From: Octopus sinensis | Taxonomy: Eukaryota | Direction of reading: 5' to 3' | DNA: 64,000 bases | Assembly (NCBI RefSeq): GCF_006345805.1 | Contig: NC_043008.1 | Location: 5,084,001-5,148,000 of the forward strand | In this document: positions 24,126-38,104 of the stretch, piece by piece | Numbering within the stretch: the first letter of the stretch is position 1 | Layout: each line of letters starts with the position of its first letter | Notes under the pieces: model-generated | Told to the model about the DNA's origin: nothing | The model's input: only the letters and a program-made list of their open reading frames with translations | Database searches by the model: none | Program-made: the position numbers and the translations under genes

Positions 24126-25359
24126 TCTTAAGTTCTTTATATATGCGCATATATTATTCTACATTGATACATTATAGATGTGTATTGATCTGACGAAGTA
24201 TTGAACTATTTAGGGTTATATATTCTTGAACAAGATCGAACAATTGAACATTATTGAAAGCCATCGTTTATTTATAATTAATATTTCTTTTGAATATCAA
24301 TTCAAATTTCTGATAGTTTGAAAATTAAAATTACAGAAGAAATAGTCATCTTGCATGATCATAAAGATATGACAATGCGTGTGTGTGTATGTGTGTATAT
24401 ATGTGTGCTCGCGCGTTTGTGTGGGGCTGAAACTGCATTTGTGTACATATGTCTCATATTTATATAGGGTATTTTTCCTCTAAACCTTTATGTTTAGAGA
24501 CTGGACAAAAAATCTGTTAAAAATACATATTAATATAAGAATATTTAAATATTTTTAAAATCCGTTTCTCTTTCTTTCCAATAAATAAAATTCTAGGTAA
24601 TTTCGAAAATATTCCAACAGTTGGGGGGAAAATATATTCATTTAAATTTCAATTTGTAAGGGTTACACATCGGAGTATGAAGTAGTGGAGAACGGTATCC
24701 CAAACCACTTGAATGAGACATTTCGTTTTGAAGGTAATCGCTCAAACAGGGGCAGGTGTTTTAAACAATATATATGTTTCAGAATTATTGTCATCATTGA
24801 TGGGGGTGTTAAAATTAATGACTACCGATCATAATAGTTAAATGTGTGTCACATAGATTCTCTGTGGTTGTTTAATATTGGCCTTACTCCGCACAATCTA
24901 AAACTCCTTTCGTTTGCTATCTTACTGAGACTTTCATTTCACACATATGTTACAGAACTTTGTCACGTTTGAAGGGGGAAAAATCTTGTATGAATGTGTA
25001 TATATGTATGTTTTATGGAGTTAGTAGGAGCAAACATTCGCTTTAGCCCTTTATCTTCGAGTCTTTATAAGCAAGCACACCGAACAGGTTCCAAGAAAGC
25101 TGGCCCCGCATAACTACAGATGACTGGGTCATTGTAAGAAATGCTTTTAGTAAGCTAGTCACGAACTAGTGTTTGTTATTTTCAAGCAACAGACGCGACA
25201 TAACAGTTTTCCTCGGGAAACCAAATGTAAAGTTGTAGGGTCCTCTTTTTCTTTCTTTTATAATACTGCTAACCCCCGTTCTTCAAACCACCTGTCTACC
25301 CCTACCCCCCAATATACGCACTCGCCAACATGGAAAGACATGCTTACTTTAGCCCGTCC

Positions 25360-25835
25360 TTACACCACCGCGTCCACCGCCGCCGCTGCCGTCACCACCA
25401 CCACCGCCACCGCCGCCGCCTCCACCACCGCCGCCACCACCACCGCCTCCACCACACACACTTACACACATTCACTTAGGTGCGCACCCAGCCAACCACC
25501 ACCACCGCCACACTCATTCTAATACACTCCGAGTCTTCACGCTCTCAGTAAATACGTCTGGCTCAAAGTTTTATTTCCTTTAACGTACCCGTCCACGTTA
25601 CCCTAAGAAGGGTACTTTGTGATGTTGCTGCCGTTATTAGTGGTGATCATGTTGGTGATGAGGATGATGATGATGATGATGATGATGATACGGGTGTTCA
25701 AGTGTTGGTGGATGGGACGATGACTATGGCGGTAACGGTGGTGGCGATGGTTGCTTGTTGTACAGGTGTTGGTCATGGTTGTGGTGATGGTGATGATGAT
25801 GATATTGGTGGTGGTGGTGGTGGTGGGGGGGGGGA
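25360..25835. repeat. (CAC/CGC)n tract followed by (GAT/GGT)n tract
   Basis: Direct reading; GC-rich relative to the flanks. Confidence 0.85.
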
Positions 25836-26005
25836 GGCGGCAGTGACGATTGGGAGTCTGAGTTAAGGAGATATAATGTTTATCTTGTCTGCTCGCTGAT
25901 AAAACAACTTTCAGCTTGGATTAAACAGACAAAAAATAAATGTATACAAATACAAAACGAGATAAAAACATAAAGATTGTTTGCAAGACACACACACACA
26001 TACCC

Positions 26006-26055
<50 letters not shown>

Positions 26056-28789
26056 ACACACACACATACACACGCACACACACAATCTTTCTTTATCGCA
26101 AACACATACGCTATTTTGCACCAAATCACTCCAGTTGCATTTTGTTTCAAAATGGATTTTTTTTCCCCTCAAATTACAAGGTCTCGAAATGAGAATGGGG
26201 CGAAGTTTATACTTTTCTCGCTAGAATTGGTGAAACGAACTGATTTAATCTCAGAACAGGAACCAAGAAAACAACTCAAACGATCGTCTAAGTGAACCAA
26301 TTTCTTATTTTGCACCAAATGCACCAACTGTCAGAGCGAAATAAAACTGCGTGATATTCAGACATATTTATGGGTGTAGCGGGCTTAGATTAGAAACCGT
26401 GTTAACTCAGTAACGATAAATGGGTCTCTGCATATTAGGCGACTTGCCCTGGATTTTAACCAATAGTACTTCAGTTGCAACTGTATAATCGATGGAATTT
26501 TCCATGGGTTTCCTGCTAAAATATGGTCATAAATATCGAAGTGTGGGACAGTCATTGTAGAAGTTGAAAGAGGTTCCTGAGAATACAGATGAACACAACG
26601 CAGGATTCCTGGTCGCTGTTCAACCTCAGGTTAAAAAGAATTACTTCATCTGCAATGAATTTCTCCAAGCACTGGGACAAGACATTCTTAATTCTCACCT
26701 CTCTCCACACACGAAATAAAGAATATAGAAATATTATTAGCAGGGTCATTTTCACCTTCACCAACTACGATTTAACGACCAGACCGCTTAAAAGAGGACC
26801 AGAAGTTGTGAGAATTGATTTCAATAGTCAATCTATCAGAATTGGAATGCAAGTGGTTCGTCAGATTATACAATTATAACGGTACAATCTTTCTGACTAA
26901 ATTCTTATTCTTTAACTAGGTGTCAGGGAAAGGTGATATGTGTAACAGTTTAGTTGTGGATTCCTAGAGGCATCAGTGAAATTACCCAGTATTAATCTGC
27001 AAGTGGCGTAGTATAGCTTTTGGCTACCCCGTGGTTGCCCTCTTCCTGAAATGTCACATAACTTTGCTTATAGTAAACACACGTACGAAGCGTGGTCATC
27101 ATATATGGTCCGCATACATTGCACACCTCACCCTACGCCGTTGCAATCAACCGAGCATCGAAACCAAATTGCATTCTCGATTCTGGAGAGATTTGCACAT
27201 TGTTCCACCTATGGCGATCTAGATTTTATAATTTATTTCTGTCGTTGAGACAAGACCATAAATTTTGTGTGAGTAAGCTCGATAAAATCCACCTTAGTTC
27301 TTGATTAACGCTTTAATTTATCGACCCCAGAGAGATGAAAAGTAAAGTTGACATCGAGGGATTTGAACTTACAACATTAAAGGCTGTAGCTAAATACAGT
27401 AAGGTATCTCTGCAACCAGAAGAATACTTTACGCCAACCGTCCAGCATATCTTGAATGTTTTGCTCCTCTGGGCATGGACATACTACATCGTAAGCAGCT
27501 GACTTGCTAGAAACCCACAAGATTATCCACCATTTCTCCAACAACAAATTTACCCATCTTTTTTAATTCAATACCTCTACCACTCATGGCCATGCTAATA
27601 AAAAATTTTTTTAATTATTCAGTACTCGTGACTTTTGGAAACATTTTTTTTCGCGCTCAGACTCATTGAAGCAGAGAAAAAAATACTGGCATTGGTGCAT
27701 CTTTCAAAAATTCTGTTCTTCCCGAAATTCACCAATACTGACGTATCTGTGCAGCCTTTCCTTTTTACTGTTCACTTTTCTGTGGGTTTTTTTTTGTTTT
27801 TTGTTGTTTTTGCCTAGTGTACTAATGTATATATTTTTGGCTGTGATTGTTGTCTTTCTGTCTGTACTTGAACTATTATCGCTTTATATCACCTTTTATT
27901 CTCTTCATTATCAGAAGTTTACTGAGTCTCTTCTTGGGTCTTCTGACACCACTCACTTCACTCTACATCCTTCTCATAGATCCAGACAACTGCTATTTAT
28001 TATGCCAATGAAGGCGAAACCGATTGACTGAATGGTTGACAATTTCTTGAGTATAAAATTTGCCTTGACCCACAAAAGTAGACCATCAGGCATGTTTTAT
28101 GGAATTTTGACATGCCTCTGTCGTCACTTCCAGTTTCACATTATACTTACGTTTTTTTAAGAACAATTTACTTTCACTTTTTTTTAGGACAGTAAAAACT
28201 GCATGTTGACATTTCAACAATCCAGTCGATCTGCTACAGTTCTATCCACTCTTGTCCAACTGGTTCTCGTGATTATTGGAAGTGGGAGTCATTTTGGAAA
28301 GTCCAGCAACAAGTATTCTTGGGTTGACCCTTTTCCAGTTTCCCTTCTAGTATTCACGTATCCATGTCATTACACCTTTTGCATGATCGACGCTGCAAAT
28401 ATTTTGTGTCTATACGCCCTAATTCAACACGCTGTTAAGAATGTTACCTGTAGTAGACTGTTCCACCTGTAATCGAGTGATATTCTATTTAGAAACTGAT
28501 TGAATTGATAGTGGTGATAGAATTCATTAATCACTTAGTGGTGATGAATCCGAAAACTAAGCTGTAGACGAACGAAGCCTTCTATTATTTGGAGATGGGG
28601 TTTTTCTATACGCGTGTAATTGTGTATTTAGTACCGTTTATTTTTAATTACGTTGATGAAGAATCTGATCGCCGTTTGAATAACTTAGCAATTAGAAAAG
28701 ACAAACATAATTGAAGCATTTATATATTCTAACATACTGAGAATAATAAGGAATATACAATAGGGGGCCTCTTCCATAAGTATCCATTG

Positions 28790-28940
28790 AACATACATGC
28801 ATGCATACATACATACATACACACACACATACATACATACACACACACATACATACATACATACATACATACACATACATACATTCACATATATACATAC
28901 ATGCATACATACACACACACATACATACATACATACATAC

Positions 28941-29005
<65 letters not shown>

Positions 29006-29035
29006 CATGCGTGCATGTACACACACACACACACG
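28790..29035. repeat. (TACA)n/(CA)n compound microsatellite
   Basis: Direct reading. Confidence 0.95.
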
Positions 29036-30829
29036 TCGACGATTTAGTGGTCAGTTTATTTAAGTTTACGGGAACCAAACTGCTTACTTCATAAAATCAA
29101 GTGCAGAATGGGCAAACATCCATCTGAGCATTCAATGGCACCGCGTACATACGAACTTTCCGAGTAGATAAACAGAACAAGAGAAAGAAAGCTGTGCCCC
29201 TGCGCCTGGTGGGGGGTCGGGAGTAAAGCCATCGGATTAAATGTTACGTCTGAGCAAATAGTCTAAACTGCGGAATGTGAGCTTAACTGTGTGATGTCAA
29301 ATGGGGGCACTGGGGGCAGAAAGAGACCAGAGTTGGGAAAATTCAGGGAGAAACTAACTTAGCAGACGTGCGGATTCGAGATTATTAAGGTTGCGTTTCT
29401 CCCAAAATGGATTCAGGGAAAATGTTTGGGAGCGAGACGTGTTTTATAAAAGAATCTGTTTTATAAAATTTCATATATGTTTGTGTGCGTGTGTGTATGC
29501 ATACACACACATATATAGGTATATATACCTATAAATATATATACACACACACATACATATATATGCATATATTCTTTTATTTTTTCACTTGTTTCAGTCA
29601 TTTAACTGCGGCCACGCTGGAGCACCGTCTTTTGCATGTACATATTTACATACACGCGTGTGTCTGTCTTTCTGTCTATCTATCTATTTATCTATTTATC
29701 TAACCCATGCCAGCAAGGAGAACGGAGTTAAATGATGATGGTATCTATAGCATTAGTATTGGTACTATTGTAATATATTGCTATTATACCTACACACCTA
29801 CTTTCGCAATTTCTTTTATTTAACACTCTAGAATAACATATTGTTTTATTCTTACTTTTATTATAACTCCAATAAATATACTACCTTCCTCCCCTTTGTA
29901 AGGTTTATACTATATTCTTTATATATGAATTTTATCAGTTAATAATTTGGAGCCGTATACTCAACATGCAGGAATATGAACACTTAATTGTATATTTTTA
30001 ACCAACTCTGATGAGATTTGACTTTTAAATGATTTTAATTGTGGTAATTTATTTATAAAGGTTTGGAATTAAAATAGCTGTCAGAGATTATGTTTAATTT
30101 TTTTTTATAAATAAATAATTATTAATTATCTCTCTATTTTCTTATATATATATATATGCACATACATACATAGTAAGAGAAACAAAGTTTGAATGTATAA
30201 ATTCTTTATTCTCATTATTATGAATATATATATATATAAATATATATAGACTGCTCTACTTCTTCGAGTGTGCTTCTTCTCCAGATTTATGTTTTTCTAA
30301 CAATGCTGTATACATAGAATTACTGGGAAGATGAGGAAGGACATTATCTTCTATCTCATAGTTCAACATCAGCTGAAATGGTTGACGTTTGTGTCACATC
30401 ATCTCTTTGGACAGATCAGTGCAGGAATGGAGCTCATTGTAAACTCCTTTTCTAATTTTTATGATACATTTACAATTAATGTTGTTACCGGCAAAAACTC
30501 ATTGAGCCTCCTCTATAAGTGTTAACTCTTTAGCAATATCCTTTGCAGTCAATTTCATTGGATTTGATGGAATTCTTGTTGTTACATCTGTATTCTCAGT
30601 TTGTTCTTGGTCTAACACTGATAAAATTAGTGGGGGGGGGGGTGCTTCAGAAAATTTTTAGCTGTTGTTTTAATATTGTGTAAAAGTAAACAAACAGAAA
30701 AAGAAAAATATACATAAACTTGATCGGTTCGAGTTTTAGCCACTGCCAAGGTAGTGTGTTTAATTTGTTCACTGAACACTACCACAAAGTTCCCTTTGTT
30801 TTTCAAAAATCCCAAGGAAACAAGACATT

Positions 30830-32100
30830 CAGAGTATGGTAGATGTCTGAGGGTGGGTATTCATTTTGTTTCACATTTCTGAACAGTTTCTAGGAGATTT
30901 ATATGCTGAGTAAGATAGCGGTTCCAGACTGGTGATGCATATTCCAAGTGTGGATGTACCATTGTTGTATACAATCTTAGACAGATAGCTGGAGAGTGGC
31001 TGACAAAGGTCTTACTGAGTGATACTAGCACCTCCTCACCCTTCTTGACAATCTTAGAGATGTCGTTTGTTCAGCGCAGATCGTTGTTTACAATAATACC
31101 CAAATCACGTCTGCTAGAAGACTTCTTGAGATTGGTGTTGCTGAGGGAGTATGTAAAGGCTGGATTTTTCCTCCCAAAATGCATGGTGGTGCACTTGTCC
31201 ACAGCTAGCTTAAGTTGCCAGTCAGAGATCCATTACTGTATTGCAGTAGGGGTCCAAGAACGGATCCCTGTAGTACACTAGAAGTCATCTTGAAAAGTGA
31301 AGAATGATGTCCTAGAACCGTAACTACCTCTTTCCAACTGAGAATGAAGGACTTCAGCCTGTAATAGAGATCATCTTTCACACCCATTGCAGAGAGTTTT
31401 ACCATGAGCCGTTTGTGTGGCACAGAATTGAAGGCTTTAGCAAAATCGAGGTGGACAGCATCCACCCATGAGCGCCATCAGTAACTTGGTTGATGTCCTC
31501 AAGAAACCCGATGAGTTGACTACAGCAGCTGGAGTTGGGGATAAAACCAAATTGTGAGGGTCGAATAAGGCTGTGAGAGCTCCAAAAGTTCCAGAGTGTT
31601 TCTTTGTCACAGGACTCCAAATGCAGCTAGTAAGGCTGACTTGATGATAGTTGACAGGTGATGTGTGATCATCTTTTTTGAACAAGGTAACGGCACTGGC
31701 AATTTTCCAGTGCGCTGGAGTGACACAGATGTTAGGGCAGAATTGAAAAAAGGAAGAAAGCTGGTGCAATAGAAAGAACCCACCATGTTTGAGAAGCAAA
31801 TAAGTAACGCCATCAAGACCAGGAGAGGTCTTGATGGTGTTGCGCTTATTCTTGAGATGGCATCACAGTATTGTGGGTGTGAATTTCACAGATGTTACGG
31901 AATTTGATGTCAGAGTTGGGGAAGAAGGTACATTGGGATTTTCAGCAGTAAAAATGCCAGCATAGCATTCAGCAATAAGCTCAGCACATTCCTAGGGGTC
32001 ATCAGTGATCCGACCTGTGTGGGGATTGTGAAGAGGGCTGACTGGGGAGTGAGGACTTTCTTTGGCTTTTTTTCTCACTTGCTTGAGACGGATGCATGAT
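30830..32100 (-). mobile_element. CR1-group LINE reverse transcriptase remnant
   Basis: LFKK.D...VNYHQVSLTS, QFGF, LDFAKAFNSVPH, SVLQGSVLGP. Confidence 0.85.
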
Positions 32101-33296
32101 CTGTCGCATCTTCTTCTGTTCTATGCTGTCTGTGTTTCCGTTCAGCATCACAACGATCTTTCCTGGCAAGTTGAACTGCTACAGCCTCCCATATTGCACT
32201 GTTTTTATTTCAAGAGCGTTTGCACAGCACTGACACTTCACATGCAGCCCAGATTGCTCTGAGGATCATCATCATCATCATCATTGAATACTATCTTGCT
32301 TCATACCTATGACTGTCAGGTTGTTTGATGCTCTTCCAATTAAGATATAATTTCTTTAGGATACAAGGAAGCCTACATGCGGCTAGTCAATCAACTAGAG
32401 ATAGTAGCCAAATCTCCTTCTGACAACTATTTTAAAATAGGAAGAACACATAAGATAATGTAGTTACAGTTAAACTATCATCATCATCGTTTAACGTCTG
32501 TTTTCCATGCTAGCATGGGTTGGACGGTTCGACCGGGGTCTGGGAAGCCAGAAGGCTGCACCAGGTCCCATACTGATCTGGCAGTGTTTCTACAGCCGGA
32601 TGCCCTTCCTAACGCCAACCACTCCATGAGTGTAGTGGGTGCTTTTTATGTACCACCGGCACAGGTGCCAGGCGAAGCTGGCAACAGCCACGATTGGTTA
32701 GTGCTTTTTACATGCCACTGGCACGGAAGCCAGTCGAGGTGACGCTGGCATCGGCCACGTTCGGATGGATGTTTTTACGTGCCACCGGCACAGGTATCAC
32801 AACTACAATTTCCATTTGATATTTATTTTGATGTTGATGTACTTGACTCAATAGGTCTCCTCAAGCACAGCAAGTCATGTTCCACTGGCACAGAAGCCAG
32901 TCAAGGCGGCGCTGACATCGGCCACGTTCGGATGGTACTTTTTACGTGCCACCAGCACAGGTATCAAAACTACAATTACTTCATAGAAGCTATTTGGTGC
33001 CTAGCTCACCAGACAGATGACCCTGGGCATTTGAGCAGATGGCTTTGCACTTTTGTACAGACTCTCCCAGTCAGCAATTGTATCATTAACATCTTTCATT
33101 GTAAATAGCCAACACATAATATAATTTCTGGTAATATATATTAAAGTTAAAGTTTAATTTCAGTTATTATTCACACAGCTAACACATCTCACACCACTAC
33201 AGTAGAACACCAACAAGCACATCACAGCAAGAGTAAAGATGCAACCCACTGCGACAATGGTGACACAAGACATTCACATTATATCATTGACTACCT

Positions 33297-33703
33297 CAAT
33301 AATAATAATAATAATAATGAAATTATTGTATACAGTGCTCAGGTGCACCACAACTTCTCAAAAGTGCATATAAAGCATATGCAGTAATGTACAAATGCCT
33401 GGAAAGTGAACAGTGTATGAGTCAGATACATGCTTGTGTGTGTATGGAGGGGAGAAAATCAGGTGTAGTGTTGGCGAATCTCAGGAAGCATGGAAGTTTT
33501 GAAGGATGCAGTGCTCCGACAACTACCAACTGATGCCGGCAGTTTGTTCCACGCTTCAGCAACTCTTAACGTGAAAAAATGTTTCCGAAAGTCATGGGAG
33601 CTGTGCTGTTTTCTGACTTTGTAAACATGTCCACGGGTGTTTGACAGATGGAGTTTGAAAAGGTGCTCAGAGTTATTGTTTGTAAGATGGTTAATAATTT
33701 TAT
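33297..33703 (-). mobile_element. CR1-group LINE 3' end, second copy
   Basis: Same sequence and same 5' boundary as 4424-4830; (ATT)n tail. Confidence 0.88.
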
Positions 33704-33969
33704 TACCAATACAAGCAACCTCATGGAAACGGCATGTCCGTAAGAGATATCTCGGAACAAATACCACATTAAATTTGCCTTTCATGATATATCTACATTA
33801 AAGATGATACACAGATGGCTATTTTAATTTAATAGTGCTTCTATAGTGAATTTTATTTAGCCAAGTTTTTTCGCAACATCAATTATTCTTTATTCACTGT
33901 TTATATATGTATATAAATATATATATATATATACATATATACATATACATACATATGTGTGTGTGTGTG

Positions 33970-34232
33970 TGGAGGCGCAATGGCCCAGTGGTTTCGATTC
34001 CCAGACCGGGCGTTGTGAGTGTTTATTGAGCGAAAGACCCAAAGCTCCACGAGCCTCCGGCAGGGGGTGGTGGCGATCCCTGCTGTACTCTTTCGCCACA
34101 ACTTTCTCTCACTCTTTATTCTGTTGGCCTGCTCGCTTAGCCAGTGAGGTGGCGTCATTTGGAGGCTAAAACAATGCAAAGCGCATTGTGACCAGCGATG
34201 TGTAGCAACATCTGATAGCCTGATCGGTCACG

Positions 34233-34236
<4 letters not shown>
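33970..34236 (+). mobile_element. tRNA-derived SINE family D with internally shortened head
   Basis: GGAGGCGCAATGGCCCAGTGG (A-box) directly abuts TTTCGATTCCC (B-box); flanked by microsatellites. Confidence 0.6.
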
Positions 34237-34279
<43 letters not shown>

Positions 34280-34619
34280 TGTGTGTGTGACAAATTTCAT
34301 TTGTAGTTGGCTTTGAGTACATGCTATTGACGCTCACATCAAAACAGAAATGCATCTAGCATTCTCCCCGAGTTGCTACGATGAAGCTTGTCGGTGTGTG
34401 TGTGGGGGGGACGTTTGTCCCTTAACACCGCTTGGCAACTGTTCAGTTAGAGACCAATAGCATAAGTAGCACATTAAAGAATGTGATTAAGTTATCCTAA
34501 TCAAATCATTAAAAAAAAATCAGAAACCATTTATAAACATATAGTTACACTTATAATTAAAAACATAATAAAACAAAATAAAAACTTAAGAACAACACGT
34601 AAATGTGAAGGTGATTTAA

Positions 34620-34792
34620 TTGTTCGGTTGAAGTTTGTGTGCAGGAGCGACCAGTGGAAGGCGGCGCGTCATGAATATGTTTGCTCTCTCTTTAGTCGGG
34701 AAATCCTGGAAGTTTCTATTCCGAAATATTTATGAGATATTTATGTCGGAAATTTCCTGTTATATTTCTTTGTCCCGTCATCTCAGTGTAAA
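34620..34792 (+). promoter_or_regulatory. Probable DCP2 proximal promoter / 5' UTR
   Basis: Locally CpG-enriched, non-repetitive sequence directly upstream of the ATG. The transcription start site cannot be located. Confidence 0.35.
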
Positions 34793-34878
34793 ATGGAACA
34801 ACAAACTTCGGTGAAAGTTCTCAGCGCCACTCCACAGCCATTTATCATTCCGGCTTATGTTTTAGATGACTTATGCAG
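34793..34878 (+). CDS. DCP2: DCP2 exon 1 (coding part)
   Basis: [28 protein letters not shown] + AG, donor GTTTGA. Confidence 0.9.
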
Positions 34879-35014
34879 GTTTGAAGACGTCTTTTCTCAA
34901 TTTCTCTCTCAATCTACAATTTTCTACAGTTTTCGTGGGGTTTTTATTACTTGATATTATTTACCAGTTTAATATCCTCATCTTTTTGTTAGCTGGGAAG
35001 CTAGAAGCAAATGT

Positions 35015-35050
<36 letters not shown>

Positions 35051-35417
35051 CACTCTTTTACTAGTTTCAGTCATTTGACTGCGGCCTTGCTGGAGCACAG
35101 CCTTTAGTCGAGCAAATCGACCCCAGGACTTATTCTTTGTAAGCCTAGTACTTATTCTATCGGTCACTTTTGCCGAGCCGCTAAGTTACGGGGACATAAA
35201 CACACCGGCATCAGTTGTCAAGCAATGTTGGGGGAACAAACACAGACACACATATACGACAGGCTTCTTTCAGTTTCCGTCTACCAAATCCAATCACAAG
35301 GCTTTGGTCGGCCCGAGGCTATAGTAGAAGACACTTGCCCAAGGTGCCACGCAGTGGAAATGAACTCGGAACCATGTGGTTGGTAAGCAAGCTACTTACC
35401 ACACAGCCACTCCTGTG

Positions 35418-35482
<65 letters not shown>

Positions 35483-35492
35483 TATGTGTGTG

Positions 35493-35532
<40 letters not shown>

Positions 35533-35763
35533 ATATATATATATATATATGTGTGTGTGTATATATATATAATATATGTGTATATATATATGTGTATATA
35601 TATATGTGTGTATATATATATATGTGTATATATATGTGTGTGTATATAATATATATATGTGTATATATATATACATATATATGTGTATATATATATATGT
35701 GTATATATATATATATATATATGTGTGTATATATATATATTATATATATATATATATATATGT

Positions 35764-35811
<48 letters not shown>

Positions 35812-38035
35812 ATATATATATGTGTATATATATATATATATATTATATATATATATGTGTGTGTATATATATATGTGTGTGTATATATATATATATATAC
35901 TGCAAATATTCGAACAGAACTACAAAGAAAGAAAAATAATTTTAAAGCTTCCAAAACATATACAAATGACACACACACACGCATATATATATATGTGTAT
36001 ATATATATATATATACACATACGCGCATATATATATATATGTGTGTGTGTATATATATATATATACACATACGCGCATATATATATATATACACACACAT
36101 ATATATATTTAATTGTTCATTTTGAATTGATAAAAGGTGGTTTTTCTAATTTCTATATATATATATCATCACCATCGTTTAACGTCCGTTTTCCATGCTA
36201 GCATGGGTGGGAGGCTGCACCAGGCTCCAACCCGATCTACCAGTGTTTCTACAGCTTGATGCCCTTCCTAACGCCAACCACTCCGTGAGTGTAGTGGGCA
36301 CAGGTGCCAGGGAAGGCTGGCAGCGGCCACGATCGGTTGGTGCTTTTTACGTGCCACCTTCACGGAAGCCAGTCAAGGTGGCGCTGGCATCGACCACGTA
36401 CAGATGGTGCTTTTTACGTGCCACCGGCACAGGTGCCAGGGGAGGCTGGCAATGGCCACGATCGGTTGATGCTTTTTACATGCCACCAACGTGAAATTTG
36501 ATTTAGTATTTCTAAATTAAATTTTTCCCTGTAAGTTTGGAATAATATTCCCTCAAATTATTATTATTATTATTATATATGTGTGTGTAGTGTGTGTATA
36601 TTTATATATGTATATATACATACACACAGGAGCAGCTTGGTTACCAACCACATGGTTCCAGGTTCAGTCCCACTGCGAAGCACCTTGGGCAAGTGTTTTC
36701 CACTAAAGCCTTGGGTTGACAAAAAAACCTAGATGGAAACTGAAAGAAGCCCATCGTATATGTATATGTGTGTGATTTTGTGTGTCTGTGTTTGACAACC
36801 GTTGCTGGTGTGTTTATGTTCCCGTAACTTAGTGGTTCGGCAAAACAGACCGATTGAATCAGTATTAGGCTTACAAAGAATAAGTCCTGGGGTCGATTTG
36901 CTTGACTAAAGATGGTACTCCAGCATGGCCACCGTCAAATGACTGAAACAAATAAAGGAATATGTGTGTGTTATGTGGTCACTTACCATATCACATCATT
37001 ATCATCGTCGTTTAACATCCACTTTCCATGCTAGCATGGGCTGGACGGTTTGACTGAGGGCTGGCGAAGCAGATGGTTGTACCGGGCTTCAATCTAGATC
37101 TAGCAGAGTTTCTACAGCTGGATGCCTTTCCCAACGCCAACCACTCCGTGCGTGTAGTGGGTGCTTATTACGTGCCACTGGCACAGGTGCCAGGCAAGGC
37201 TGGCAACGGCCACAATTTCAATTTCACTTGCCTCAACAGGTCTTCACAAGCAGAGTTTTGTGTCTCAAGAAGGAAAGGTATGCATAAGTGGACTGTTTTC
37301 ATGATTTCACAGAGGTCCAAGACAATAGTTCTGAAAAACAGACTATGTACAAATACGTCAATCATCACAACACATCTTCACATCATCCAAATAGACCAGT
37401 TTCACCTGGGCTTAGCTGCTAGTATGAATATAATAAAGTAATACTGTTTCATATGGCTTTGTGATGCATCAATAACTTTTCTTTGTTTTTCTTATTTGCA
37501 GTCGCTTCATCATCAACATCCCTCAAGAAGAACGACTTAATCCCATCCGAATATTCTTCCAGATAGAACTTGCTCACTGGTTCTATTTAGATTTCTATTG
37601 TATAGAGAATCCAGATTTGCATACATGTGGAATCAAAGACTTTTCCTCACAAAGTATCCTTTTCATTGACTGAAATAATTTCCTGCTGGTGGTTTATATA
37701 TATATATATATAAAATTAAATAAGGGTAGAAATTGATATTAATCAATTAAAATCAGTGGCCTAGCATATTCTAAAAAAATCCAAAGATTAAAAATTGTTT
37801 TACATACAAAATTTAGAGGATTGACCACTAAAAGTGGACAGCCTATATGCTAGATATAGACGTCAAATTGCTATTTTCCACAAAGAATGTGTTCTCAAGA
37901 AAAAACTCAGCAAAAACCAAAGTGTAAAACCAAAGTGGTTTTTTCTTGAGAACACATTCTTCGTGGAAAATAGCGATTTGACTTCTATATCTAGCATATA
38001 GGCTGTCCACTTTTAGTGGTCAGTCCTCTAAATTT

Positions 38036-38104
<69 letters not shown>

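Noticed and set aside
26552-27304. Cluster of short ORFs in the intergenic region
   Set aside because: No motifs, no linking splice structure, lengths expected by chance.
33970-34010. tRNA gene calls for SINE heads (also 38318, 56025)
   Set aside because: A/B boxes are present but there is no cloverleaf; they continue into SINE bodies, with TSDs at 38318 and 56025.
35215-36201. Long IY/YI-rich ORFs, and similar ones at 22145-23394, 25880-26295 and 28685-29094
   Set aside because: Translations of microsatellites that lack stop codons.
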